A stretch of 63,727 nt of DNA from Fidelibacterota bacterium (GTDB lineage: Bacteria > Fidelibacterota > Fidelibacteria > Fidelibacterales > Fidelibacteraceae): the NCBI GenBank assembly GCA_034659735.1, contig JAYEHX010000185.1, forward strand, positions 1-63,727. The letters run 5' to 3'. Positions 47,519 through 57,865 of the stretch are shown here, piece by piece. A program made the position numbers and the translations under genes. Every line of letters starts with the position of its first letter. Positions within the stretch are counted from its first letter, which is position 1. The notes under the pieces are model-generated. The model made no database searches. It had not been told where the DNA came from and was given only the letters and a program-made list of their open reading frames with translations.

Positions 47519-47536
47519 TGGGTTAGGAGGTTAGAA
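47481..47536. repeat. 8-nt period GGTTAGRR-family array overlapping a CDS 3' end
   Basis: agagggttagaaggtcggaaagagggctagaaggttagtgggttaggaggttagaa. The TAG stop (47516-47518) lies inside a GGTTAG unit. Confidence 0.9.
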
Positions 47537-47565
47537 TTGAAAAGAAATAAAAAAATGGAATTGAA

Positions 47566-48591
47566 ATGATTGATTTACGAAGTGATACTGTAACGAAACC
47601 GACAATTGAAATGCGAAATGTAATGGCAAATGCAGTTGTTGGCGATGATGTTCTTGGTGATGATGTTACTGTTAATAATTTGCAGAAACGAGTTGCAAAG
47701 ATGTTTGGAAAAGAAGCGGGACTTTTTATGGCGAGTGGAACGATGAGTAATCAGGTTGCAATTGCGATTCAGACCGAGCCGGGAACGGAAGTAATTTGCG
47801 ATAAAAATGCTCATATATATCAGTATGAATCAGGTGCTCCGGCAATAATTTCAGGTGTCCAAATTAAAACTTTAGATTGTGGCGAAGAGATTCTAATTCC
47901 GGAAATTGTAGAGAAAAATATTCACGATTGGGGTGATATTCACCATGCACCAACGACATTGATAGAAGTTGAAAATACGAATAATAAAGCCGGTGGAATA
48001 ATTTTATCAATAGAGAGAATTCGCAAAATAAGAGAAATTGCAAACAGATTTAATATTCCATTGCATCTTGACGGAGCGAGAATTTGGAATGCATCGGTAG
48101 CGACAGGAATAAGTTTTAAAGAGTATGGAAAATATTTTGATACGATAAGTGTCTGCTTTAGTAAAGGACTTGGAGCACCGGTTGGTTCGATGCTTTTGGG
48201 AACAAAAGAACTGATGAAAAAAGCATTGCGAAAGCGAAAACAACTCGGTGGCGGTATGCGACAAATCGGGATTTTGGCTAGTGCTGTTGATTATGCCTTG
48301 GATAATAATTTAGAGCGAATGAAAGATGATCACAATAATGCGAAATATTTTGCAGAAGAAGTGACAAAGATAAATGGAATGAATATTAAATTAGAAAATG
48401 TGCAATCTAATATTGTAATGGTTGAACTTGAAAAAGAAAATGCAGTTACGATTGTTGAAAGGTTAGAGAAGTTAGGATTGCAATCTTTAGATTTAAGCAG
48501 GTCAATTATCAGAGTTGTTTTTCACCTTCATATAAGTTATGATGATACAAAAAAAGCAGTTGAAATATTTAAAAAAGTAGAATTAAAATAA
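47566..48591 (+). CDS. ltaE: low-specificity L-threonine aldolase (PLP-dependent, beta-eliminating lyase family)
   Basis: '[12 protein letters not shown]', 'VGDDVLGDD', '[10 protein letters not shown]', '[12 protein letters not shown]' (PLP lysine). Confidence 0.88.
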   Translation: MIDLRSDTVTKPTIEMRNVMANAVVGDDVLGDDVTVNNLQKRVAKMFGKEAGLFMASGTMSNQVAIAIQTEPGTEVICDKNAHIYQYESGAPAIISGVQIKTLDCGEEILIPEIVEKNIHDWGDIHHAPTTLIEVENTNNKAGGIILSIERIRKIREIANRFNIPLHLDGARIWNASVATGISFKEYGKYFDTISVCFSKGLGAPVGSMLLGTKELMKKALRKRKQLGGGMRQIGILASAVDYALDNNLERMKDDHNNAKYFAEEVTKINGMNIKLENVQSNIVMVELEKENAVTIVERLEKLGLQSLDLSRSIIRVVFHLHISYDDTKKAVEIFKKVELK

Positions 48592-48601
48592 GGTAAATAA
48601 A

Positions 48602-49429
48602 ATGAATAAAAAGTTACTAAACAGAATTTTTGTTTCTGTGATTTATGCTCCGTTGATTGTTGGATTATTGTATTTCGGGAAGGAGTATTTTCTTGGTTTT
48701 ATTATGATTGTAGTTGGTTTGTCATTATGGGAATTATTGAATATCACAAAATTTCCATCACTGTTTTTGAAGATAGCAAATGTGATAATTGCGATGGCGG
48801 GAGTTTATGCACTTTATAAAAATGAATTTGTATTTGTTATACTTTTGGCTTTTATTTTGTTTGCATTAAATTCACTGATTTTGATGTTGTTCTATAAGGA
48901 TGATTTTATCAAGAATTTGTATTTGAGCATAGGTGGTTTTATTTATCCGGCATTGAGCATTGGTGCTTTGGTTTTGATTAGAGAGTTTAAAATATCAATA
49001 GTGTCTTCTTATAATGTCGGTTGGCTCTTGGGAATTTTACTTTTTCTCGGGATTTGGATTTGTGATATGAACGCATATTTTTTTGGAAAAGCATTCGGAA
49101 AGACGAAAATTTATCCTGCCGTTAGTCCAAATAAATCTTGGGAAGGAACGATTGCCGGATTTCTCGGAAGTATTATTGTTTATTTAATTGCATATAAATT
49201 TGATATTATTTCGTTCTTTACAATTTGGGATTATCTTGCGATGGCAATTATAACAGGAGTATTTGGACAGTTGGGGGATTTGGTAGAATCCAAAATAAAA
49301 CGAACTGTGAAAATAAAAGATTCTTCTAAGATACTAATGGAGCATGGCGGAATTTTTGACAGATTCGATTCGGTAGCATTATCCGCACCGATATTTTGGT
49401 TATATTTATATTTGCGATTTATAAATTAA
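48602..49429 (+). CDS. cdsA: phosphatidate cytidylyltransferase
   Basis: Polytopic. C-terminal 'SPNKSWEG...GQLGDLVESKIKR...KDSSKILMEHGGIFDRFDS' CdsA signature. Confidence 0.88.
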   Translation: MNKKLLNRIFVSVIYAPLIVGLLYFGKEYFLGFIMIVVGLSLWELLNITKFPSLFLKIANVIIAMAGVYALYKNEFVFVILLAFILFALNSLILMLFYKDDFIKNLYLSIGGFIYPALSIGALVLIREFKISIVSSYNVGWLLGILLFLGIWICDMNAYFFGKAFGKTKIYPAVSPNKSWEGTIAGFLGSIIVYLIAYKFDIISFFTIWDYLAMAIITGVFGQLGDLVESKIKRTVKIKDSSKILMEHGGIFDRFDSVALSAPIFWLYLYLRFIN

Positions 49430-49487
49430 TTTATTATATTATCAGGTTAAAATACAAATTTTATTTCAAAATAATTGAGGTATAAAA

Positions 49488-51311
49488 GTGATAAAAAAAG
49501 AAATCAAGTCGATATTAGCTACTGATTGCGGTAGCACGACTACAAAGGCGATTTTAATTGAAAGACAGGATGATGGTGTTTATCGTCTTTCTACAAGAGG
49601 TGAAGCACCAACAACCGTTGAGTCGCCATTTGAAGATGTGACTCAGGGAGTTTTAAATAGTGTTAAAGAAGTGGAAGAGATTCGTAATAGAAAACTCTTA
49701 GATGGCGATAAAATTATTACACCACAGAATGGAAAAGAGGGAGTGGATATTTATATATCTACAAGTTCTGCCGGTGGTGGATTGCAGATGATGGTTGTCG
49801 GACTTGTGAAAGCGATGAGTGCAGAATCAGCGGAACGAGCAGCACTTGGAGCAGGTGCAATTGTTATGGATATTATAGCAGCGAATGATGGAAGATTAGC
49901 ACATGAGAAAATTTCAAGAATCAGACATTTGCGACCGGACATGATTTTGCTTTCAGGTGGAACAGATCAGGGAAATATAAAAACAGTTGTAGAACTTTCT
50001 GAATTAGTAAAAGCCGCGAATCCGCAACCACGACTTGGAATGGATTATAAATTACCTGTTATCTATGCCGGAAATAAAAAAGCTTCCGGAGAAGTTGAAA
50101 AGAATTTAAATGAGATTAGTGATTTGAGTGTTGTACCAAATTTACGACCAACTTTGGAGAGAGAAAATCTTGACCCTGCTCGTGATAAAATTCATGATTT
50201 ATTTATGGAACATGTTATGGCACAAGCACCGGGATATAAAAAATTAATGGCGATGACAGATGCTCCGATTATGCCAACTCCGGGAGCCGTTGGACATATT
50301 ATGCAGGTGATTGCAAAAAATGAGAATATCACAGTTGTTGGTGTTGATATTGGTGGAGCGACAACGGATATTTTTTCTGTATTCAGAGATTTAGAAACTA
50401 AGGATCCGATATTCAATAGGACCGTAAGTGCAAACTTGGGGATGAGTTATTCAATTTCAAATGTATTGGCAGAGGCGACTTTACCAAATATCCAAAGATG
50501 GGTTCCATTTGAAATCAATGAAGTTGATTTGAGAAATAGAATTGGAAACAAGATGATTCGCCCGACAACAATTCCGCAGTCATTAGAAGAATTGAAATTA
50601 GAACAAGCGATTGCGAGAGAAGCATTACGACTTTCGTTTAAGCAACACAAATCATTTGCAGTTGGATTGAAAGGAGTTCAGAAAGAGCGAACAATTTCCG
50701 ATGCATTCGAGCAGACATCATCAGGTGTAACATTAGTTAATATGATGGACTTGGATTTGATGGTTGGAAGTGGTGGAGTTTTATCTCATGCACCGAGAAG
50801 ACATCAAGCAGCAAAGATGATGATAGATGCATTTTTACCGGAAGGAATTACACAAATCGCAGTTGATTCTATTTTTATGATGCCGCATCTTGGAGTGTTG
50901 GCAAGTGTAAATAAAAATGCCGCAACGGAAGTTTTCAACAAAGATTGTTTGATTCGTTTGGGAACATGTATTGCACCGGTTGGACAATCTAAAGATGGAA
51001 AAGATTATATGACTGTTGAATTAGATTTACCTGATGGCGAAAAATTTAAGAAAGTGATGAAATATGGCGAGTTATTATTAGTAGAAGCACCATATACAGA
51101 AATTCCTGCTATAATTACTCCGGCAAGTAGAAAAATTGATGCTGGTTCCGGTCCGGGTGAAGTAGTAAAAACAAAAATTTATGGTGGAACAGTTGGAGTA
51201 ATAATTGATGCAAGAGGAAGACGACCTTTTGTAATTCCGGAAGATCCAAAAGTGCGAGTAGAAAAATTGCAGGAATGGAGTAAAGCAATTAAAGAGTTTG
51301 ACGAAGAATAA
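49488..51311 (+). CDS. GlmL/MutL-family ASKHA ATPase (glutamate-mutase-L-like, function unknown)
   Basis: GTG start. 'ILATDCGSTTTKAILIE', 'VGVDIGGATTDIFS', 'LMVGSGGVLSHAP'. Confidence 0.65.
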   Translation: MIKKEIKSILATDCGSTTTKAILIERQDDGVYRLSTRGEAPTTVESPFEDVTQGVLNSVKEVEEIRNRKLLDGDKIITPQNGKEGVDIYISTSSAGGGLQMMVVGLVKAMSAESAERAALGAGAIVMDIIAANDGRLAHEKISRIRHLRPDMILLSGGTDQGNIKTVVELSELVKAANPQPRLGMDYKLPVIYAGNKKASGEVEKNLNEISDLSVVPNLRPTLERENLDPARDKIHDLFMEHVMAQAPGYKKLMAMTDAPIMPTPGAVGHIMQVIAKNENITVVGVDIGGATTDIFSVFRDLETKDPIFNRTVSANLGMSYSISNVLAEATLPNIQRWVPFEINEVDLRNRIGNKMIRPTTIPQSLEELKLEQAIAREALRLSFKQHKSFAVGLKGVQKERTISDAFEQTSSGVTLVNMMDLDLMVGSGGVLSHAPRRHQAAKMMIDAFLPEGITQIAVDSIFMMPHLGVLASVNKNAATEVFNKDCLIRLGTCIAPVGQSKDGKDYMTVELDLPDGEKFKKVMKYGELLLVEAPYTEIPAIITPASRKIDAGSGPGEVVKTKIYGGTVGVIIDARGRRPFVIPEDPKVRVEKLQEWSKAIKEFDEE

Positions 51312-51354
51312 CAAAATAAGAAATTATCTTTAATTAAGATAATAGGAGGATAAA

Positions 51355-52482
51355 ATGGCACATGCTTATGTTCCGGGATTAAAAGTAGTTCCAAATACAA
51401 CAGTTAGAAAAACAAGACAATTACCACTAAAAGGTGATATATTAAAAAAAGTAGGTGAAAAGGTAAAGGCAAGTGATGAAGTTGCAAAGACACATTTGCC
51501 AGGGAATGTTGTACCGACAAATATTGCAAATAAAATAAATATAGAGCCGGCTGATATAGAAGATTTTATGAAAAAGTCAGAAGGTGATTCAATAAAAAAA
51601 GGCGAGATACTTGCTGAGACAAACGGAGTTTTTGGTTTGTTCAAAAGTGCAGTTCATTCACCGATTGATGGAACATTAGAATCATATTCAAAAATTACAG
51701 GTCAAGCAATATTGATGGAAAATCCAATTCCGGTAGCAGTAAATGCTTATGTGAATGGAGTAGTTGACGAAATAATTTCTGATGAAGGTGTAGTAATAAA
51801 GACCCAAGCAGCATTTATTCAAGGTATTTTTGGGATTGGCGGAGAGCAGAGAGGAGCATTGAAAATAATCACTTCCAAAGAAGATGAACCTCTAAATGAA
51901 GATATGATAGATGAAAGCTGTAAGGGAAAAATCATCGTTGGTGGTTCATTTCTAAATCATTCAGCATTCAAAAAAGCAATAAACATTGGAGTTAAAGGAA
52001 TAGTTGTTGGTGGATTTAACTATGACGACATTAAGAAAATAATTGGATATGATATTGGTGTGGCAATTACAGGACAGGAAGATATTTCCACTACATTGAT
52101 ATTAACAGAAGGATTTGGAAATATTCACATGGCGAAACAGACCTTTGAATTGTTAAAAAAACACGAAGGTGATATTGCTTCAATAAATGGTGCCACACAA
52201 ATTCGTGCAGGTGTAATTCGCCCGGAAGTTATTATTCCAATAGAAAAAAAAGCAGAAAATGATTCAGGAAAAAAGGAAATTGCAGGAATGGATATTGGAA
52301 CTGAAGTTAGAATAATTCGTGATCCGTATTTTGGAACAATTGGAAATGTATCGGGACTTCCACATGAACTGCAACAATTAGAATCTGGTTCGTTAGCTCG
52401 TGTTGCCAAAATTAAAATTGGTGAAATGAAAAAAGAAGTAATAATACCAAGAGCAAATTTAGAAATGATAGAAAATAAATAA
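51355..52482 (+). CDS. conserved hypothetical protein with hybrid-barrel (lipoyl/biotinyl-like) N-terminal region
   Basis: Long ORF with good SD (AGGAGGA). 'GDSIKKGEILAE...SPIDGTL' resembles a barrel-sandwich hybrid motif. No family recognised with certainty. Confidence 0.6.
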   Translation: MAHAYVPGLKVVPNTTVRKTRQLPLKGDILKKVGEKVKASDEVAKTHLPGNVVPTNIANKINIEPADIEDFMKKSEGDSIKKGEILAETNGVFGLFKSAVHSPIDGTLESYSKITGQAILMENPIPVAVNAYVNGVVDEIISDEGVVIKTQAAFIQGIFGIGGEQRGALKIITSKEDEPLNEDMIDESCKGKIIVGGSFLNHSAFKKAINIGVKGIVVGGFNYDDIKKIIGYDIGVAITGQEDISTTLILTEGFGNIHMAKQTFELLKKHEGDIASINGATQIRAGVIRPEVIIPIEKKAENDSGKKEIAGMDIGTEVRIIRDPYFGTIGNVSGLPHELQQLESGSLARVAKIKIGEMKKEVIIPRANLEMIENK

Positions 52483-52488
52483 AGTGAG

Positions 52489-52914
52489 TTGAATATGTAT
52501 TTTTCCAGTAAATATTATAATGATACGATGGTCTTCAAAGTGACAGATGTAGTGTTAAGTGATTTAGGTATAATTCAATATAAAAGAGGTCTTGCTTCTG
52601 CATTATCAAAGCAAAAGGTAAAGAATATAATTATTGATTTTGAAAGAGTTAAGATAAATAACAGTGATGGGCTTAAAACGGTTTTATTTGCAAAAAGATA
52701 TACAGAAGGAAAAGGTGGAAAATGTTCTATTGTATCCCCTAAACCAAAAGTTGTTAGTTGTATGAAAAAAGCCGGAATTCTGAATTTATTTGATATTGTT
52801 AGCGATAAAAAAGAGTATCAAGAGATAATAAATGATCTTTCAAAAGTAGAAAAAGTGAAAAAACCAATTAGTGAAGATGTTAAAGTTGAGAATAAAAATG
52901 TAGATAATGATTGA
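52489..52914 (+). CDS. STAS-domain protein (anti-sigma-factor-antagonist-like)
   Basis: About 140 aa. 'IIIDFERVKINNSDGLKTVLFAKR' pattern. The start could be ATG 52495 instead of TTG 52489. Confidence 0.55.
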   Translation: MNMYFSSKYYNDTMVFKVTDVVLSDLGIIQYKRGLASALSKQKVKNIIIDFERVKINNSDGLKTVLFAKRYTEGKGGKCSIVSPKPKVVSCMKKAGILNLFDIVSDKKEYQEIINDLSKVEKVKKPISEDVKVENKNVDND

Positions 52915-52985
52915 TGTTTTTTTGCAGAAAACGAAATCAATGAAAACAATTTACTATTTACAAAAGATTATTATAAACAACTAAA

Positions 52986-53615
52986 ATGCCAACTCTATTC
53001 CAAAATATTGATTATCAATTATTCATTCTAATTAATCAAAAATTAATACATCCGGTTTTGGATGTATTTTTTGTATTGATAACAGGAAAGACATTTTGGA
53101 TTATTCCATTATTATTGTTTATGATTTTTGCAATATTTTTTGATAAGAAACGAGGGAAGATTATTTTTGTTCTAGTGATTTTGGTTATAAGCTTTACCGA
53201 CTATTCTGCATATCGTTGGCTGAAACCAAATATAAAGAGAGTGCGACCGTCAAGAGCAATCGAAGTATATAAAAATGTAAATCCAAAATTAGAAAATGCT
53301 TTGGAAAATATTAGAATATTAACAGGACGAGGCGGGAAGTGGTCAATGCCATCAAATCATGCTTGTAATTTTTTTGCTATTGCGACTTTACTTACAATTT
53401 TTTATTTTAAATATAGATATTATTATTTCATATCAGCATTTCTGGTCGGATATTCTCGCATATATGTAGGCAAACATTATCCTTTTGATGTAATCGCTGG
53501 AATGTTTTATGGTATATTTATTGCATTATTATTTTATTATTTTTGGATAATTATAAGAACAAGGTTAGAGAAGAAAGAGATTTTTTTATTGACTATAAAT
53601 GAAAAAAAAGTTTAA
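52986..53615 (+). CDS. PAP2-family membrane phosphatase
   Basis: 'KRVRPS', 'SMPSNH' and 'SRIYVGKHYPFD' tripartite acid-phosphatase motif. Confidence 0.85.
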   Translation: MPTLFQNIDYQLFILINQKLIHPVLDVFFVLITGKTFWIIPLLLFMIFAIFFDKKRGKIIFVLVILVISFTDYSAYRWLKPNIKRVRPSRAIEVYKNVNPKLENALENIRILTGRGGKWSMPSNHACNFFAIATLLTIFYFKYRYYYFISAFLVGYSRIYVGKHYPFDVIAGMFYGIFIALLFYYFWIIIRTRLEKKEIFLLTINEKKV

Positions 53616-53660
53616 AGATATAAAAAATATTTAATAAGTGTAGAATTGCAAAATCAAATA

Positions 53661-54377
53661 TCAAGCATTCAATTTCAAACTTCCACCACGAATCTTAATT
53701 ACATTTCTATTTATTTTTTTCATTAGAAAATTTTTAAAAATAAAGTGTTTTAGTCCTGTCAGATTTGATTTATAATATTTGAAAAAATCGTCAGGTGAAT
53801 TAAAAACTTCTAAATATTTGACAATTCCACCTCTTTGCACATAAGTATTTTTTCCATTCCAAGAAGTATTGAGTTCGCTTCGATCAATTATTGCTATAGC
53901 ATATCCATTCAAATTTCTTTTTATATTTTTGAAAAGAGATAAAATTGTATTTAAATAACCATCGTCAATTGTCACACCTTCCAAAACAATCCATTTTTCA
54001 TTAAAAAATATTTCCGTCCAGCCGTGGTTTATATTTGTTGGTAAGATAGAATAGCCCATACCTGTTATCGCACCTTTATGGATTTCTTTTTTAATTTTCA
54101 TTCCTTTGAATCTGCATGGAATTCCATTTGATCTTAAAAGTGCCATCAGAAGAATTGATTTTGTTGTGCCGTTTCCAAATTCTTGCTGTAAAACATCTGA
54201 CGCTTTTATGTTATCAGAATCAGTGTAGCCAAAAAGTATTTCATTTTTAACATAATTATAAATTTCCGATATTTTATCATATTCGTCTAATTGTGACCAC
54301 TGTTTTTGTGAATTCAATTCACGAATTAATTTATGATTATAGTTTAGTAATTTTGTATTTTCTGTAAATCTATCCAT
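53661..54377 (-). CDS. transglutaminase-like (papain-fold) domain protein
   Basis: 'NGIPCRFKG', 'HGWTEIFF' and a downstream Asp fit the Cys-His-Asp transglutaminase-core pattern. One of only two supported minus-strand genes. Confidence 0.65.
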   Translation of the reverse strand: MDRFTENTKLLNYNHKLIRELNSQKQWSQLDEYDKISEIYNYVKNEILFGYTDSDNIKASDVLQQEFGNGTTKSILLMALLRSNGIPCRFKGMKIKKEIHKGAITGMGYSILPTNINHGWTEIFFNEKWIVLEGVTIDDGYLNTILSLFKNIKRNLNGYAIAIIDRSELNTSWNGKNTYVQRGGIVKYLEVFNSPDDFFKYYKSNLTGLKHFIFKNFLMKKINRNVIKIRGGSLKLNA

Positions 54378-54518
54378 TAATATATTGTTCCTTTTTTAAC
54401 TACGGTGTAATATAATAAAAAATTCGTGTTATGAAAATGATTTTTTCTTAAAATTAGTTTTAGTAAGTCAATTATTAATATTATTAGTATTTGAAAAAAT
54501 ATTTAATTATATTAAAAC

Positions 54519-56876
54519 ATGGGAAATCAAAAAGAAAAAATGCTTTATATAATTTTATTTATTATATTTTTTTCAAATGTGATATTTGCATCTACAATTT
54601 CCGGATTTATTGAAGATAAAGCCGATAGTGAACCGATTTCTTATGCAAATGTTTATCTGAAAAATACTTCGGTAGGTGCCGTGACGAATAAAGATGGGTA
54701 TTTTTACTTTAAAACTAATTCCACCGGAAAACAAACATTGTTTGTGACGATGATGGGATATGAAAAATTAGAAAAAGAGTTGATAATAAAAAAAAGTAGT
54801 TCAATCAAAGTGAAATTACAGATGAAAAAAGTTCCGATTGAATTAGGCGAAGTCACAGTAACGGCGGAGATGGAAAAATTCAAAAAAGATGTAAGAATAA
54901 GCACGATAAGTTTAAGTAATAATGACCTTCGTTCTGCACCTGTTATTTTGGAAGCGGATGTTTTTCGTACTATTCAGATGCTTCCGAGTGCTACAGCGGG
55001 AAATGATTTCAGTAGTGCATTATATGTTCGTGGTGGTTCCCCCGATCAGAATTTAATTTTATTAGACGGAATTACAATTTACAATCCATATCATCTTGGT
55101 GGTGTTTTTTCTACATTCAATAATGATGCAATAAAGGAAGTGGAATTTATGGCAGGTGGATTTCCTGCAAAATATGGCGGAAGAATGAGTTCGGTTTTGA
55201 GCATCACAAATAGAGAAGGGAATGCGAAACATTTTAAAGGACAAGGAAATATTTCGCTGATTTCCAGTAAAATATTATTGGAAGGACCGGTTCCTCGTGG
55301 CTCATTTATGATTGCCGGCAGACGAACATATTTTGATGGATTGTGGGAATTGATAAGAAAACCATTGAATAAAAAAAGAGAAGCAGATAATAAATTACCT
55401 GCTTTTCCATATTATTTTTACGATTTTCAAGCGAAGTTAAATATTGATATAAATCAAAAGCACAGAACAACATTCAGCGGTTTTTTTGGTGATGATGTGT
55501 TAAAAATTAATCAAGAAACGACATTTGGAAATAAGGAAGATTATGACTATTATCGTTCAAAATTTGCTATTGATTGGATTTGGGGAAATAGAACAATAAG
55601 TGTGCAGCATAGATGGATAATCTCACCGAGTTTAATTAGTAAATTTTCATTGGCACAGAGCAAATTTCATTTTGATGTTGATTTTGATGTAGAAGACACA
55701 TTTTTTAATGAAGATTCGGTTTTGGTAAATGAGCAAATGAAATTAAAAGTTTATGATTATATTACAGATGTTTCGCCATTTATTGATTTTGTTTGGTTTG
55801 CAAATAGCAAGAATACTGTTGAATTTGGAGCATTTTATAAAAAAATTGATTTTGACTTGGGATTAGAATACGAATCAAGAACAATTATTGATATTGGTTC
55901 AAAACCATCTGAATATGGAATATATTTTCAGGATAAATTTCAGCCAAGCCCACTGTTTATGATTCAGCCGGGAATTCGTTTAACTCATTATGAATTCAAA
56001 CATAAAATCTATCCAGATTTTCGACTGAATGCAAAATATTTTCTATCTGATAAATTTGCAATAAATGGAGCTGTTGGAAATGTATATCAATTTTTGCAAA
56101 CTGCAAATCCTGAATCTCAAGAATTTAGAATTATTGACTTTTGGTATCCAACTTCAAAAGAGCAAGAACCAAGTATTGTAAAAAGTGGAATAGTCGGTGC
56201 AGAATATTGGTATGAAGAAAAAGTGCAATTTAAACTTGAAGGATATTATAAAGATTATCAACATTTAATAACTCTTGACGATGGATTGATGGGAGCATTT
56301 GATTCTACAAATAATTTTACAGAAGCTAAAGGTTATGCTTACGGAGCCGAATTTTTAATAAAAAAACAGATTGGAAATTTAACAGGGTGGGTTGGTTATA
56401 CATATTCGATAACGAGAAAAAAAGACGGGAATATTTGGTATTCGCCTAAATATGATAAGACGCACAATTTGAATATTGTTGCAAAATATGATATTGGGAA
56501 TAAATGGTATTTTTCATCGGCACTCGTCTATAATACCGGAAATCCATATACACAAATTTTAGGGAAAATACATCTTATTGACGATTATTCATTAGATTCA
56601 GAAAATAATAGATTTAGATTTGATAGTTATGGAACAGAATTTTATGGAGAAAAAAATTCTGAGAGGTATCCAAATTATTTTAGATTAGATGTTGGTTTTA
56701 ATAGGCGAGGAAAATTATTCAAAATAGATACGGAATTTTATTTACATATAATAAATGTGACAAATCACATGAATGTTTTTATGTATTGGTGGATGGAAGA
56801 TTACAATAAAATTTATCGTCAACCAGTTCCAATGTTTCCGTTTTTTCCGAGTTTGGGAATAAAATTTAATTTTTAG
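54519..56876 (+). CDS. TonB-dependent receptor-like outer-membrane protein with N-terminal CarboxypepD_reg domain
   Basis: Signal peptide. 'ISGFIEDKADSEPISYANVYLKNTSVGAVTNKDGYFYF'. Plug-like 'LYVRGGSPDQNLILLDGITIYNPYHLGG'. C-terminal beta-barrel ending in 'GIKFNF'. Confidence 0.8.
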   Translation: MGNQKEKMLYIILFIIFFSNVIFASTISGFIEDKADSEPISYANVYLKNTSVGAVTNKDGYFYFKTNSTGKQTLFVTMMGYEKLEKELIIKKSSSIKVKLQMKKVPIELGEVTVTAEMEKFKKDVRISTISLSNNDLRSAPVILEADVFRTIQMLPSATAGNDFSSALYVRGGSPDQNLILLDGITIYNPYHLGGVFSTFNNDAIKEVEFMAGGFPAKYGGRMSSVLSITNREGNAKHFKGQGNISLISSKILLEGPVPRGSFMIAGRRTYFDGLWELIRKPLNKKREADNKLPAFPYYFYDFQAKLNIDINQKHRTTFSGFFGDDVLKINQETTFGNKEDYDYYRSKFAIDWIWGNRTISVQHRWIISPSLISKFSLAQSKFHFDVDFDVEDTFFNEDSVLVNEQMKLKVYDYITDVSPFIDFVWFANSKNTVEFGAFYKKIDFDLGLEYESRTIIDIGSKPSEYGIYFQDKFQPSPLFMIQPGIRLTHYEFKHKIYPDFRLNAKYFLSDKFAINGAVGNVYQFLQTANPESQEFRIIDFWYPTSKEQEPSIVKSGIVGAEYWYEEKVQFKLEGYYKDYQHLITLDDGLMGAFDSTNNFTEAKGYAYGAEFLIKKQIGNLTGWVGYTYSITRKKDGNIWYSPKYDKTHNLNIVAKYDIGNKWYFSSALVYNTGNPYTQILGKIHLIDDYSLDSENNRFRFDSYGTEFYGEKNSERYPNYFRLDVGFNRRGKLFKIDTEFYLHIINVTNHMNVFMYWWMEDYNKIYRQPVPMFPFFPSLGIKFNF

Positions 56877-56885
56877 GTAGCAATT

Positions 56886-57782
56886 ATGAAAAATAAAATT
56901 ATTTTAATATCACTGATCTTTATTATTTTCTCCTGTGGAAATTGGGGACCGGAAGAGATAATAATAAATCATGAACCAATGTTAAATATTTTTGCTCATT
57001 TTAGTAGTACGAGTGCAAAGAGCAATTTTGTAAAAGTGGCACACACTATTTCGATAAGTGATCCTGAATATGTTGAAACAGATAGTTTGATTACAGAGTA
57101 TACAGAGTTTTGGGTAGATGGCGATACATTAGAATGGAATTATTATTATTATAAACCGACTTATGTTATTGAAAATGCGAATGTTTTTGCAATTAATTCA
57201 AATTCTGATACGATTGATTTTCAACATTTTTCTGAAGGTGTATATTTGCCGAATGATACGACTTTTCTTTTTAATGCAAACGAAGAGTATAGTTTAACAA
57301 TTATTACCGATAGTTTTGATGTTGCAACAGGTAATGTGACGATTGCCGAAAAACCGGAATTTACAATAACAGATACAATTTTTCATTTAGATGAAAATGA
57401 TTGGAAAATTAGTTGGACAGATATAAATGATTTTGGATATGATGTAAAAATGGAATTAGATTATGATAGCACATTTTATACAGATACGACAAAATATTTT
57501 TATTTCTATTTTGATGATGAGGTTGAAGAGAATGAATGGAGTTACGATTCTACCGAATTTATGTTTTACAATCCATTTAAAGAGTTTCCTTCCGATACGA
57601 TTATTACTTGGATTACAGTAAAATCATATTCTGAATATTATGATAAATATTTTGATGTCAATGACGGTATGGGAATAGGATATATTACAATGGATGATTT
57701 TTATCTAAATATCAATAATGCTCTCGGTGCGATAGTTTCCAGTGCGAAGTCCGATAGTCAGAAGGTTGTATTTATTAAATAG
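56886..57782 (+). CDS. lipoprotein partner of the TonB-dependent receptor (possibly DUF4249-like)
   Basis: Lipobox 'IIFSCG'. Position directly after the CarboxypepD_reg receptor. The family assignment is from memory of typical synteny, not from motifs. Confidence 0.5.
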   Translation: MKNKIILISLIFIIFSCGNWGPEEIIINHEPMLNIFAHFSSTSAKSNFVKVAHTISISDPEYVETDSLITEYTEFWVDGDTLEWNYYYYKPTYVIENANVFAINSNSDTIDFQHFSEGVYLPNDTTFLFNANEEYSLTIITDSFDVATGNVTIAEKPEFTITDTIFHLDENDWKISWTDINDFGYDVKMELDYDSTFYTDTTKYFYFYFDDEVEENEWSYDSTEFMFYNPFKEFPSDTIITWITVKSYSEYYDKYFDVNDGMGIGYITMDDFYLNINNALGAIVSSAKSDSQKVVFIK

Positions 57783-57810
57783 TGAATTTTTTTAATAAAT
57801 AGTAATCACA

Positions 57811-57848
57811 AAAAAAAGAAGATGAATTAACATCTTCTTTCTTTTTAT
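57811..57848. terminator. bidirectional terminator between convergent genes
   Basis: A-run, then AAAGAAGATG / CATCTTCTTT stem with a 6-nt loop, then a T-rich tail (CTTTTTATT). Confidence 0.7.
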
Positions 57849-57865
57849 TATATGTAGTTAAATGA

